Positions 12,201 to 24,303 of a DNA stretch of 64,000 nt are shown piece after piece. The DNA lies in NCBI GenBank assembly GCA_021613535.1, contig CP075496.1, positions 1,550,001 to 1,614,000 on the forward strand, written 5' to 3'. The notes below the pieces were generated by a model. It worked only from the letters and a program-made list of their open reading frames with translations. It did no database searches and was not told where the DNA came from. Made by a program: the position numbers and the translations under genes. The stretch's first letter is position 1; each line of letters starts with the position of its first letter. The DNA comes from Adineta vaga. Its lineage: Eukaryota; Animalia; Rotifera.

Positions 12201-14718
12201 TATATATTCAATAATTTCAAATATCAATCAAAAGCTTTCCAATGTAAATCTTACCCGCTTTCAAAACAACACGTTCATAGGCAGGAAATTTTGAATTTGT
12301 CAATGCTAAAACAGATATTTGTTAATTTTCATTCTTCAATTTTCATTTAAAAAATCAAAGCAAAGTTATTAAGCAAAACAATAATAAAATGAAAACATAT
12401 CCGTTTGATTAGGAAATGTATAAGTAGAACAAACAGTGCGATAAATGACTTACGCTTCCAAGAACTAGCTTTAGCTATAAAAATATGCACAGAGATATTG
12501 AACGAATAAAACTTATCGTTTCAAAAATGAAAGAAAAGCAATTACATACCGAAAATGGATTCTTCTTTTAAATGATGAATAGAAGAGACAGAACGTGATC
12601 GTTTATCACTAAATTTTGATCGTAATTTACGTTTAAATGACGGTTGTTTTGTTTTTAATAATTGTTCAAGACTCGGTGCGATACTTGCTAATTGTTCCGC
12701 TCTACAAAAAAAACGATCAATTCATCATCTTTTATCAACAACGAAATTTCTTGTTCTACCGTGATTTATTTGGAATAGCACCTGTAATTTTATTCATAGT
12801 TGAAGGTGCATTTAATTTCGTCGCAACCCAATAACCAACTTGACCGTTATAAAGTGTATCAGTGACATGAAAAATATCATTCACACGAATTGATAATTCT
12901 TCTTCATTCGCAGTTTTATATGTAAAATGTGCTCTGAAAATTCAATGTAAAAGAAATGAAATTTTCAATAAAATTATCTTTACCGAATATAAAACGAATC
13001 ACCGCCAACATCGGCTAATAATTGTTCATATTCTATTATTGAAAAAAAAACGTTTTCATATAAAAAGATGTTCATAAACATAATTGAATGATACAAACCA
13101 TGACGAAGATTAGCAACGATCATATTCACTTGTGATGTTTTCATATTCATTAAACAAAGAACAGCTTCTTCACGAGTTAAACTTGTAAAATCAATATTAT
13201 TCACCTATAAATCAATGAATGATTAAAAAAAATCATTTATCATTAAATATTTGAATGAAAAAGTTTACGCTAAATATTTTATCTGCAACTAATAATCCGG
13301 CTTTATGTGCGACACTTGTCGATTGAACTTCACAAATAAACAATCCATGTTTATCTCCACCTGCCAAACGAATTCCAATACTTGATGTATCAGTAAAAAA
13401 TGAGACATATCTCGTTCCCGTACTAAAGAAAGAATATGAATTGATCGAAAAAGTTTTAATTCATTCTTACATCGGTCGAATAAAATCTTGTCGAGTTGGC
13501 CGTTCGAAAACATGTTGATTGTATTCAGCTTGTAAGTCTTTTCGTGTGGATATTGGACGATTTTGAACAATAATTGGAACGGATGTTGATTCTTGATGAA
13601 CGCCATTTTCTATAGATAAAGATACGATTATATCAAAGTAACGATCGATTTTTTTCTCTCTGAAATCTTACGATGATTAATAGAATTTTCGGAATTCAAT
13701 TTATTTGGAAGAACAAAAAGTACCAATCGTTCTTTTGTTTTATCAATTAATTTCTGTGCTTCTTGTAATGTTAAACGATCAACAGGTGTTTCATTTATCT
13801 TAAAAAAGAAGTTTTTCTTTTTATTAAATTTCTTTTTCTCATTAAAACATTGAAGTTCTTCTTACTTTAATCACTTCATCGCCTTCTTGAAGATTCGTAA
13901 ATATCTCGTTGTTTGTATAATGAATTTTTTTAATAAAATATCGACAACCAAGAATCACACCAAATTTCTCATCTTTACGAGTTTTGTTCAATATACATTT
14001 AATAGGAGGTTCACTATCCGATACAATCACCGGATGTTTTCGTCGACGAACAACCTAATCAACGAATTCATAGAAAATTCATTTTCGAAAAAAAAAGAAG
14101 AAGAACAAATCAATGATTTACTAGATTAACAAAATCAGTTGATTCTCGAATTAATTTCAATGCTGTATGTTCCATATGACGAATAACAGGATGACCATTT
14201 ACATTGACAATTTGATCATTCGGTCTGAAAGAAAAGATCTTCATTTAAATAACGAAGATTTCAAGAAAGACATACAAAAGTTTTCCATCAGCAGGACCAT
14301 TTTTAATCACTTCACAAACAGTTAAAGATTGATTATCATCATAAGAAGAAAGATTAGTTCGTTTGAAATCATTCAATTTCGTTTCATTATTACCACCACT
14401 AATCGCAATACCGAACCCATGTAATGGAGACTAAAATAAAAAAATCATTTTCTTTCTTTTGTTCTCTTTCATAAATCAATATATCTTCAACGAGAGACGC
14501 CTCTAGGCTGGTTCTGACTCAATTGTCACTCGTTGAATGATTACGTCAACATTATACTGACATAATAACATGACGAAGAAAAAAAATCACTTTTAACACA
14601 AGCACGTTAAAGAGATTATGATAAGAAATCGATCAGATGCGAACAAGTTATGACAAACTTACTCTTGTTAATGTAACTTGAATACAATCCGTTGTCTCAT
14701 CATCAATGAAACTAGTTC

Positions 14719-14758
<40 letters not shown>

Positions 14759-15128
14759 GGTATTGTTATTGTCAATCTATGAATACAAATATAAATAGAA
14801 AGTAAATGTGTATAGAAAAAAAAACGAAAGCTTCAGCACACAAGTAAGACAAGTAAACAGCACGTTCATCGATCTATAGACAAAAAGCCTAACGACTAGT
14901 CCATTTTGCACGTTCGACAAGACTACATGATTAAATATCGATTACAAGATAGAATATTGTTGTTCCTCTTCATCCGTCTTACATACATTCATTTCACTTG
15001 ATTCAAAAACATAAATCCAATTTTTATCGTATTCAACAAGATACATTCGAATAAGACGATCAGTTTACACTCTCTCGATTCATACATTTTCTTCTTTTTC
15101 TTCTTCTTTAATTACGTACCAAAGGCAT
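9202..15128 (-). CDS. TJP1: Tight junction protein ZO-1 / Polychaetoid MAGUK (PDZ1-3, SH3, GuK, ZU5), many exons
   Basis: PDZ1 [13 protein letters not shown]; PDZ3 [20 protein letters not shown]; SH3 GDSFYIRAHF...[15 protein letters not shown]; Gu[11 protein letters not shown]...[44 protein letters not shown]; ZU5 [24 protein letters not shown]; C-terminus VSILVDHF* (ZO-1 ends VSVLIDHF). The first coding exon (MPL, ATG ~15128) is tentative. Confidence 0.92.
14719..14758 (-). repeat. (AAT)n microsatellite encoding poly-Asn in the ZO-1 N-terminal exon
   Basis: About 13 TAT/AAT units inside the exon reading [10 protein letters not shown]...RTSFIDDE. Confidence 0.85.
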
Positions 15129-15371
15129 TGAATAATGTCGAGTCAAGATTTTTTGAATAAAATAATTCTTTCAATAATAGTTGTTGTTGTAATCAAGGTC
15201 GTTCGAAGTAAAAGTAAACGATAAGAAGACCCTAAATAAAAGGATCAAATTCGGCTTATGTTCAATTCACTTCGTATAGTTAGTTGACGATCGGACAGTG
15301 TAGGAGAAAGAGAAGGAGAGGGGGAGAAAAAGGTATACATATATTCAATGTTGATAATCATGCCTGAACAG

Positions 15372-15404
15372 GAAGAAGAAGAAGAAGAAGAAGAAGAAGA
15401 AGAA
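15372..15404 (+). repeat. (GAA)n microsatellite
   Basis: About 11 tandem GAA units upstream of the ZO-1 coding exons. Confidence 0.85.
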
Positions 15405-16867
15405 AAAGTTCACCTCTTTCTCTTTAACCGTCGTGTCCGAGAAGCGAAATAAATGATTCTTCTTTTCCCTATAACATTCTCTACGTTTGTCGTTCACCGG
15501 TCATCTTAGTTTTTCTTTTAGATTTTACTCGATATACACATACGACCAATGAATACACGTGATTTGTTAATGATGATGTTGATTTTAATATCACAATAAT
15601 CATTCATAGATTCACTTACCTTTAACTAAACTTTCAAACCGATAATACTACTTATAGTTTCTTTCTCTCTACACTATAATTATCTTGAACAGACAAAAAG
15701 AAGAAAAACACAACACTCAAATGATTTTTATACTCGAAGAATAACATATATGCAAAATATTCGTGTTCTTTTTCGTGTTCTGTCTGATCCGATTGAAGCA
15801 CAATAACAACATAGAGAAATACACGAACAACGAGATGAAAGAAAGAGGGGAGAGAGAGCGAGAGGAGGAATTCAGTATTGCTTACAACAACATATGCGAG
15901 ATGAAAGTGAATGTGAGAAACAGGTGTTTGTGGTTTTCATATCACTATTATTTGACAATCGATGGTCAGTAAAAATGAGAAAGAAAATAATTCATATTCT
16001 TTATAAACTGTAAAAGAAATTTCTTAAGAATTCTATGACCCGAATAAATGTCTAAGATCAATCAATAATTGGCATTTTTATCGAAATTGAATAAGAAGAA
16101 AACTATTGATCGAAAAAACATTCTTATGATAAACAAGACGTGATCCACTGTAGGAAATTGAAAGGTTGCTTACTATTTTTAATTAACTTTATGCTCATCA
16201 AAAACAAAAACTATCTGGATCATTAACGATTGATCGATCGATCAGATTTAATGGTTGATTTACTTAGATTGATAAGAATATTCAAATCAAATTGATAGGT
16301 TTAGAGTAGAAGAAGAAGAAGAAGAAGAAAAACGCGAAAAGAATTGAATGATCGATATAGTGTAAAATTTATTAAGCAAATATTTTCTCATTATAAAAAT
16401 ATTCATCCGTATTTTTTTCTCTATAACTTTACTATTCTATTGACAAAAGGTGGTAACGGATAACCTTCATTTGAGAAGATCTAAAACTGTTTGCATATAG
16501 TTTGAAAATAACGACAATTACTATTGAATAAATCATAAACTTGAAAGTAACATTGATGATCTTTCCGGTTTCATCAAAGTTCTTAAAAAATAATTTTCTA
16601 AATCATTACGGATAATCTTCTTGGAGAAGAGATCAGTTTTGTTTTTGTTTACACGCATGATTTTACTATTCAACGGAAAGATCAATACAAATTATCTTCT
16701 TACTCAATTGAAATTCTTCGCCTGATGAAAAGACTTATCTTTACTTATGATCCGTCTAAGAAAACTTAAGATATTTGAAAAAATTTAGTCACATCGATGA
16801 ATACGACGACTTCGAGCATAATCGATAACATTTCGAATAATCAACGATTAAAATTCTTGATTAGTCT

Positions 16868-17537
16868 TTGTACTTAAATCAATTCATTTCTTTAATTCTT
16901 ATTCATTACATTGGATTCAAATATTTTCGACAAATCAATTCAAAATATGCATCATTATTTCTCTCCTGTAATACTTGTTTCGCAATTATTTGTTCGAATT
17001 GTACATTAATATTAATGACATTATCAACAATCGGTGGAGATTTTCATATAATTCTTTTAAAAGAACTTTCATTTTGGATTTGTTCCTTTCTTTTAATTCT
17101 ACTTGTTTTAATTTCTGAAAAAGATTATTCATCTTTGATTATTTATCTTCCCAATGAATTCTATTGTCAAGTACCAATGACAAGTATTCGTGAAATTAAT
17201 TTTTCAATTCTTAGCGTTTATTTCGTTCCATTATGTTGTATTGGATTGATTTATTTTGGGATTATTCTTTATATACGACGTCGAAATAATTCATTTTCTA
17301 TTATATTTACATTGGACAGCTTATCGACTTGGTTGGATGACAATTTCTATCTCATTTTCATTGACTAGTCTTTCGTCACTTTATGTAACACCGGAAATTT
17401 ATAAAACAATACGAACTATGTTGAGAACATCGTTACAAAATCCAAGTCGTTCGCGACTAATGATGAATCAGTTGGATAGACAGAAAACAAATGAAAAAAT
17501 AGGGATTCATCCAAAGACAACGACGAGTGCAAGTTGA
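16868..17537 (+). pseudogene. Decayed rhodopsin-class (7TM) GPCR with internal deletions and a frameshift
   Basis: TM2-like LFLSCNTCFAII, TM4-like FWICSFLLILLVL, ECL2 YLPNEFYCQVP, TM5 YFVPLCCIGLIYFGIILYIRRR in one frame; TM7 YRLGWMTISISFSLTSLSSLYVTP in another frame. TM3 and TM6 appear absent, and there is no clear ATG. Confidence 0.6.
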
Positions 17538-17884
17538 TTATGTGAAAAAAAGTGAATTTCCTACGAGAAATTTTTGAGTTTATAAATGTTTGATAAGAGA
17601 AATTGTTATTAAAAGTGGCTTCTTTTATGTTATGGAAAAGTCTATTTCATATAGGTAATTTTGCAAATAAACTCATTTTTCTTTCTCGTCTGTGGTTGTT
17701 TAAAGTTAAATAATATTGAAGAAAAGACGTTTTTTTTTCTTTTCTAAAAAAAACCGTCGAGTGAGGTTACTATGCCACCTCAAGTTTAACATTCTTTGCA
17801 GTAAAAGAAAAAGAAAAAAAGAACATTTGCAAGTTTGAACAAAAAACCAGCAATTTTTTTTTATCATTGTAAAAGAGGAAAAAA

Positions 17885-18746
17885 ATGGATCGAAAATTTA
17901 TCGGAATACGACGACGATTATCATCTCGACATACACAAACAATTGTTCAATTAGTTATTGCTTCAGTTCTTTCCTTTGCACTTATTTATATTTCAATCAA
18001 ATATGTTTATCCCTCAGTATCGAATTATATGATTCCAACAACTCGTCCGACAACAACAACAACAACAAAAGCAACAACAACAATAAGAAAAACGACAATA
18101 AAACAAGCATTCGGTAAAATTTGAATTTCGTATAAAAGTAATTCCTTTTTTTTCTCTTCTTGAAGATATCGGATGTTTTTTTCATCAAACAAATATAACA
18201 CTTGTTGATGGATCAACTCGTTCATTAGATTCGTTAAATATTGGTGATAAAGTTCTTGTTTATCATCCATCCGGACAACTTCATTCAAGTACAATCTTAA
18301 CCATTTTTCATCATCAACGTTCATCAGTTCGATTATTAGATATTTATACAATCAATCAACACGAACCACTTCGTCTTACACCATTTCATTCAATTCTTAC
18401 ACGAAAATCAACTTCAAAACAATCGACATTTCATTATGATTTTGCATTGAATATTGCCATTGGTGATTTTGTCTTATCATCAAACTTTCAATCATTAAAA
18501 GTGACAAATATCAAAGAAATTATTCTTTATAATCAAACAATTTCAACACCATTAACATTTGAAGGAAATATCATCGTAAATAATCTTATCGCTTCATGTT
18601 ATGCGACTTATCAACATAAATTCATGCATTTATTAACCATACCAATTCGTTATTGGTATCAATTAGGAAACTTTCCTCGATTGAATCATTTTCTTATTGA
18701 TCTAATTGAATTTTATTCGAAAATCAATTTTTTCAATCTTTCGTAG
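17885..18746 (+). CDS. Hedgehog-related Hog (Hint+SRR) domain protein with N-terminal hydrophobic anchor and Thr-rich stalk, no Hedge domain (269 aa, 2 exons)
   Basis: Exon1 17885-18113, intron 18114-18165 (GT-AG), exon2 18166-18746. Junction gives KQAFDIG|CFFHQTNITLVDGSTRSLDSLNIGDKVLV (Hint block A), LRLTPFHSIL (TxxH), PLTFEGNIIVNNLIASCYA (Hint C-terminus), HKFMHLLTIPIRYWY (SRR-like). Confidence 0.88.
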
Positions 18747-18847
18747 AAACCTTTGATTTCGTTTTTTTCTTCTTCTATTCTTCTCGAACAATTTAGTTTT
18801 CTTTTATTTGAAAAGAAAACAAACGATACATATTCCTTTATAAAGAA

Positions 18848-20582
18848 TTATTCTTCTTTTGAAATCTTTCGAATTCGTTCAGTTTTATCTGAATCAACTT
18901 GTCGATGACGTTGTTGTTGATACGATCCTGTTCGTCGATGATAATTTGTTGACAAAAATGTTTTGAAACTTTGATATTTTTGTCTCAATAAAATTGGTCG
19001 AGTTTTTTCACGAAGTTTATCACGTAGAACACTTGATGTTGTAGAAATATTTCCCAAAAATAGAATGAAAAATATTATTGCTAACACATAAACTTGCCAT
19101 TCATGTGTTGTTGATAGATGAGCTAATTTCCATAAAGCATATGCGTTATATAATTGAAATAAATAACCAAAGAGAAGAAATGGAACCAAAAATGAAAGAC
19201 CACCTTATAAAAAAAATGAAATCATATTTTTATTGAAGAAAGAAGTTTTCGAAAACTTACGAAACATCCAACGATGAAATCCTTCGATAGTTATATCCAT
19301 ATCATGTGTTTCTCCTAATGCTCGAAGACGATAGAGACAACCACGTTGATAATAGAATTGTAAACCCTAGAATAAATTTCATTATCTTATTTTGTAAACG
19401 AAGAGATGAAAGAATGTTTTCTTACTTGAACAAAACTAAGATAGAATGAAAAAATAAAAAATTGTGTACGGAATGTTTGATAAGATAACGAATCGGGCCA
19501 TGTTAATAGAATACCTGTTGCTACTGTTGCTATAAAATGATGAGCTCTCCACCAAGCTAGAAAGAGAAATGACTGGAATATATTAAAGAAAAAGATTTAA
19601 AGAATATTACGATTTATATTTGATCCATTAACAAGAAGAATTGATTCACGTATTGTTAAGGTACAATAATACCAAACAAGTAAGAAATGAAATAAAGCAT
19701 CAAATGCTCGATAACGTGATGTTAATGACCATATAACAAGAGACGAAACTAATGAGATACACGTAACAATAAATTTGAATTTTTCATATTCTTGTTTATA
19801 AGTCCATTTTTCTGCTTTATTTAAGATCGAAACATCCACACCACCGAGAATAACTCTTAAATAAGGATCTTTTCGAGGTAATGTATCCGAGATTCTTGAA
19901 AGATATAACTGATTCGTTTCTAATTGTTGAGAAATGAGATTCAATCGTTCAGCAGCTGTTAATGTATCAACTAGTTTATCGAATGAAGGTGATGAATTAA
20001 CTGATATTAATGGACGTAAATGAGGTGAGGATGGAATTGCAAATGAAGCATTTCTATTGAGAGATAGATTAGATGTTGAAAGAGAATTTTTTCGAGTTCG
20101 AAGATTTGAATTAGTTCGATTTTTCTTAGTTTCTTCTTCTAAATAAACGAAAAATTTATTCTTAAAACTAAAACATTTCAATCATTTCGGTTTCTTTTAC
20201 CTTTTTTTGCATATGATTTCCGTAATTGAGCAACATCTTTTTGTAATTGTTTGATTTTCTTATTATATTTATTAAAATCCTGTCTATATTGTGTTTTTAA
20301 TGATTCAACTTTATCTAATTTTTCTACATATTCTTTATGTTTGGGTTCGAATATACGTATTTCTCCATCAAGTGCTAACCATTCGTCATATAATCGATTT
20401 AATTTCTTATCTTCAAATGTTTCAATCGTATTTTTCATTATGGTTTCTTGATTATCCAATGAACTCGTTGATGATAACGATATTGGATGTCCTTCATCAT
20501 CATCTTCTTCTTTTTCCGAATTCACCAGATGAAAATGACTTTTTTTATCATTTTCTATATTAAATATCGTATCTGTTGTCAT
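18848..20582 (-). CDS. TMEM120: TMEM120 (TMPIT/TACAN) family membrane protein
   Basis: [90 protein letters not shown] are TMEM120 hallmark motifs; 5 exons. Confidence 0.92.
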
Positions 20583-20806
20583 CGAAATGATTTTACTTGA
20601 AACTCGACATCTAGAAAATAAATAGAGATAAGTATTAACAAAATGGTACTTTTCCTTTCAAAGAAATAAAGATAAATTCCATTAAGATTATTGACAAAGA
20701 TCTTGAAAATCATCAAGACATTCATGATACATTATAAATGATAAGTAAATAGAATCTATTTGCTAGTAGTTCGATGAATATAATGACATTTGAATAGAAA
20801 ATCATC

Positions 20807-22249
20807 ATGAAACAAGAACGACCAAAATTGAAAATACGTTTTACACCGTTTACAACTTATGAACGATTTGACAATGAAACGGAACAATTATTTCTTCATC
20901 AATGTCCAGAAGAGACAAATTCACATATATCCGATACAAAAGGTGGTCTGACAGCACTTGAAGCAGCATGGAATGTTACTAATGCAATACAAGTTCAGTA
21001 TTTCTTTTCATTTGAAGGAAAAAACTAACATATTTCTTTTCTTATTAATTAGGGAATGTTTTTAGTTAGTTTACCATATTCGGTACATCATGGAGGTTAT
21101 TGGTCTTTACTCGCCATGGTTGTTGTCGCATGGATATGTACTTATACAGGTCAAATACTGATATCATGTTTATATGAACCAAGTCCATCGACAGGTTTAT
21201 TAACAAAAGTACGATATTCATATGTCGACATTGCCGAATATATTTGGGGAAAACGTTATGGTGCACGATTATTATTTATCGCACAAAATATTGAATTATT
21301 GATGACATGTAAGTCATAAATTTGAATTTCAAAATCCGAAAACAATCATCATTCTCATTATATTTTAGGTATTCTATATTTAGTTCTTTGTGGCGAATTA
21401 TTTGCTGGTAGTTTTCCTCAATTTCATATTCCTGTTCGTTATTGGATATGTCTATCCTGTTTATTTACACTTCCCTATTCCTTTATTCGTAGTCTTCGTT
21501 TAGTCTCTCGTTTTAGTGCTGGAAATGCAGTTGTTCATTTAATAATCAATATGATTATAATTATTTATTGTCTTACGAAAGCTTCAACATGGGATTGGTC
21601 AAAAATACAATTTCGAATAAATCTTGCTTCATTTCCAACATCATTAGGAATCATTGTATTTAGTTATACATCTCAAATCTTTCTTCCTACATTAGAAAAT
21701 AACATGCGTCATCCTTCTCAATTTAATGCAATGCTTAGTCTATCACATTTCATTGCTGCAGTATTCAAAACAGGTTTTGCTCTAATCGGTTTTCTCACCT
21801 GACAAGAAGAAACATCAGAAGTCATTACAAATAATTTACCAACACAAGAATTACGAATTATTATCAATTTAACATTAGCAATCAAAGCACTTCTCTCTTA
21901 TCCATTACCCTTTTTTGCTGCCTGCGAACTTATTCTACCGAAATTTTCTCTCTCAAATGATCGAACAACATGGAAAACAATTCTAGCACGCATTTTAATT
22001 ATTTTAAGTACATTAATGATGTCATTATGTATTCCACATTTCGCACAATTAATGGGTTTTATTGGAAGTATAACAGGCGTATTTCTTTCATTAATATGGC
22101 CATGTTATTTCTATTTATATTTAAAAAGTTATTCACTTTCATGGACAACAATCGGAGGAAATTTAGCGATTATGATCTTTGGATTTCTATGTACAATATC
22201 AGGAATTATCGATTCATCAAGAGAATTAATGAAGAAATTTCGAGAATGA
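20807..22249 (+). CDS. SLC32A1: Vesicular inhibitory amino acid (GABA/glycine) transporter, with one in-frame TGA at 21800-21802
   Basis: [102 protein letters not shown] match VGAT/unc-47. Introns ~20993-21052 and 21309-21368. Confidence 0.88.
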
Positions 22250-22472
22250 GAAAATAAATTTATAAAAAACAATCTGATATTTTCTTAGTTTAATTTACTT
22301 CTGCTAAATATGTTTCTAACTCTATGAAAATTTCTATTTAAAACGAAAAAAATCAAAATCAAATAGAAACAAAACTAAGATTTTTCATCAGAGATCTTTA
22401 TTAATGATACTTTTTTTTTGTGTGTGTATGTTTCGTTTAATCAATGAAAGAAATAACAATAACAAGAATGAA

Positions 22473-24303
22473 TTATTCCATTAATGGAACATTTCCACTG
22501 GTTGTTTGAACTTGTTGATTTTGATTATTATGCCAATTAGCCTAAAAGATATTCGAAATCCAACGCGTTTTCTTTTCAAATCTTAATTAAATCTTTACAT
22601 TTGTATCTTTTCGTCGTTCACTATTGTGTACTAAACTTTGCGTTCGATTGAACAGATTCTTTGTTTTTTCAATAATTGTTTGATAAGGTGATAAACTTTG
22701 TGAACCCATAACAACAGCTCCGTTTTGTGAATCAATTTTCGCATCTAAATTCGCATTACGTATCAAATTCACAATCCAACGTTCAGCTTCTTCAGAACTC
22801 ATATTCAATTTTTCTGCAAGTAAACTAAATGAGAGAGAAAGAAAACAAAATGGAATTTCATCGAAAAAGAAATCTTCTTCGTACTCAATTGTAATTCGAT
22901 GATGAATACGACAGAATGTTTCGAAAATTAATAATCGTGCATTTTCCATAAATTCATCCATACAACCAATAAGAAAGAAATCATTATTTAAAACTTCAGT
23001 ACAATCACGTAGTTTCTTTTGTGCATTATCGAAATCGAAATGAACATAGAGACATTCAAGAAATTCAGTTATTGGATCCCGATATGCATAAGATTCCTAA
23101 ATAAACATCATTGATCATCCATGAGAGAACAATATATTCAATAATACCTGTTGAATAACTTTAATCAATTCTTTTAATGTTCGTTCATTCTTTTTTCGTG
23201 GATTGATAATCACAGCAGCTGAAAGATAACGTAAGAGATGTGGTGCAGTTGTTTGTAATGTATTTAGATAAATATTTGTTTGATTTGGTGTTGAATTAAG
23301 AAATAATTGAACGAGATCATCACGACCTTGTGGATGATTAAAGTAAACAAATAATGACCAATGAATAAACCATGTACGTTGATGTAATAAATCTAATGGT
23401 GAACGCGTACTATTTGTTTCAATTGCAAGTTTCAATTGATTTAAATCATCATAAGCTTCTTCCCAACGTTGCATAAGAATTTCCGAAGCTAATTTACCCC
23501 ATAAACATGACATTAAGTTTTTATCATTATTTGGTACCTTGAGATAAATTCAAAAAATCAATCAAATCTTCACACTTTCAAGAAATTGATACTTACTAAT
23601 GCACGATAAAGACCTAAATTTGCAGCAGCTCGAGAATAATCACCACAATCGTAAACATATCGAGCAAAAGTATGAAGATCATCGACCATCGTTCGTTCAA
23701 TCTAATCAAAATCGAATAATTGTCAAAGATAATTATAGTAACGAGATTTGAATAAATGAGAAAAATATAAACTTACGCCAAATTTTTTCTGTAAGAAATC
23801 TAATACTAATGTTGAATCAGTATTTCTAAAAGAGAAAAATTTTCATTCCATTTTCTTCAGTTGAATTCTTACCGTTGATTTTCAATAAGTCGAGCTGCAT
23901 CTTCAGTAACAGCTGCATCGAGTAATCGTTGAACTGCTTCGGAAAGTTCATTGAAACGAGCAACAATTCCTTCACGTTTATCAATTAATTCTAGAAAAGA
24001 TAATTCAACTAAGTATTTTCTTATTTTATCATTCAAAAAAGAAAACCTTTTGGTTCTTCTCCTTCCGGATGAAGTTTTTTGTAAATATCCAATTGAAAAT
24101 CCACCATAGTTGTATGTTGTAGAAGATCATATTTCGCTTGAAGAATTTCTTTTTCATCGAAAATCTAAATGAAATAGTTAAAGATTTTTTCTTCTTCGCA
24201 ATGATTTTCTTACATTTCTATCAGTTAAAAATTCTAATAATGGAAAGACAAGATGTCGATCGAAATATCGACCTAATTTCGCTGTTAAATCGTATTCAGC
24301 CAT
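22473..24303 (-). CDS. EIF3E: Eukaryotic translation initiation factor 3 subunit E (Int6)
   Basis: [26 protein letters not shown]; [12 protein letters not shown]; [17 protein letters not shown]; [17 protein letters not shown]; [22 protein letters not shown] (PCI domain). Confidence 0.96.

Noticed and set aside
16457-16635. Imperfect ~25-bp direct repeat (ACGGATAAyCTTC...GAGAAGA)
   Set aside because: Too short and degenerate; no target-site duplication or element structure to call a mobile element.
18174-18605. Hint domain as a true intein or mobile element
   Set aside because: No C-terminal His-Asn/+1 nucleophile motif and no endonuclease; it ends in ASCYA plus SRR, i.e. Hog type.
21800-21802. 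Genetic code reassignment (UGA=Trp) or selenocysteine at the VGAT stop
   Set aside because: TGA is a normal terminator in VGAT, the Ig gene, the EF-hand gene and UTP15; other Trp codons are TGG; the position is not a Cys site.
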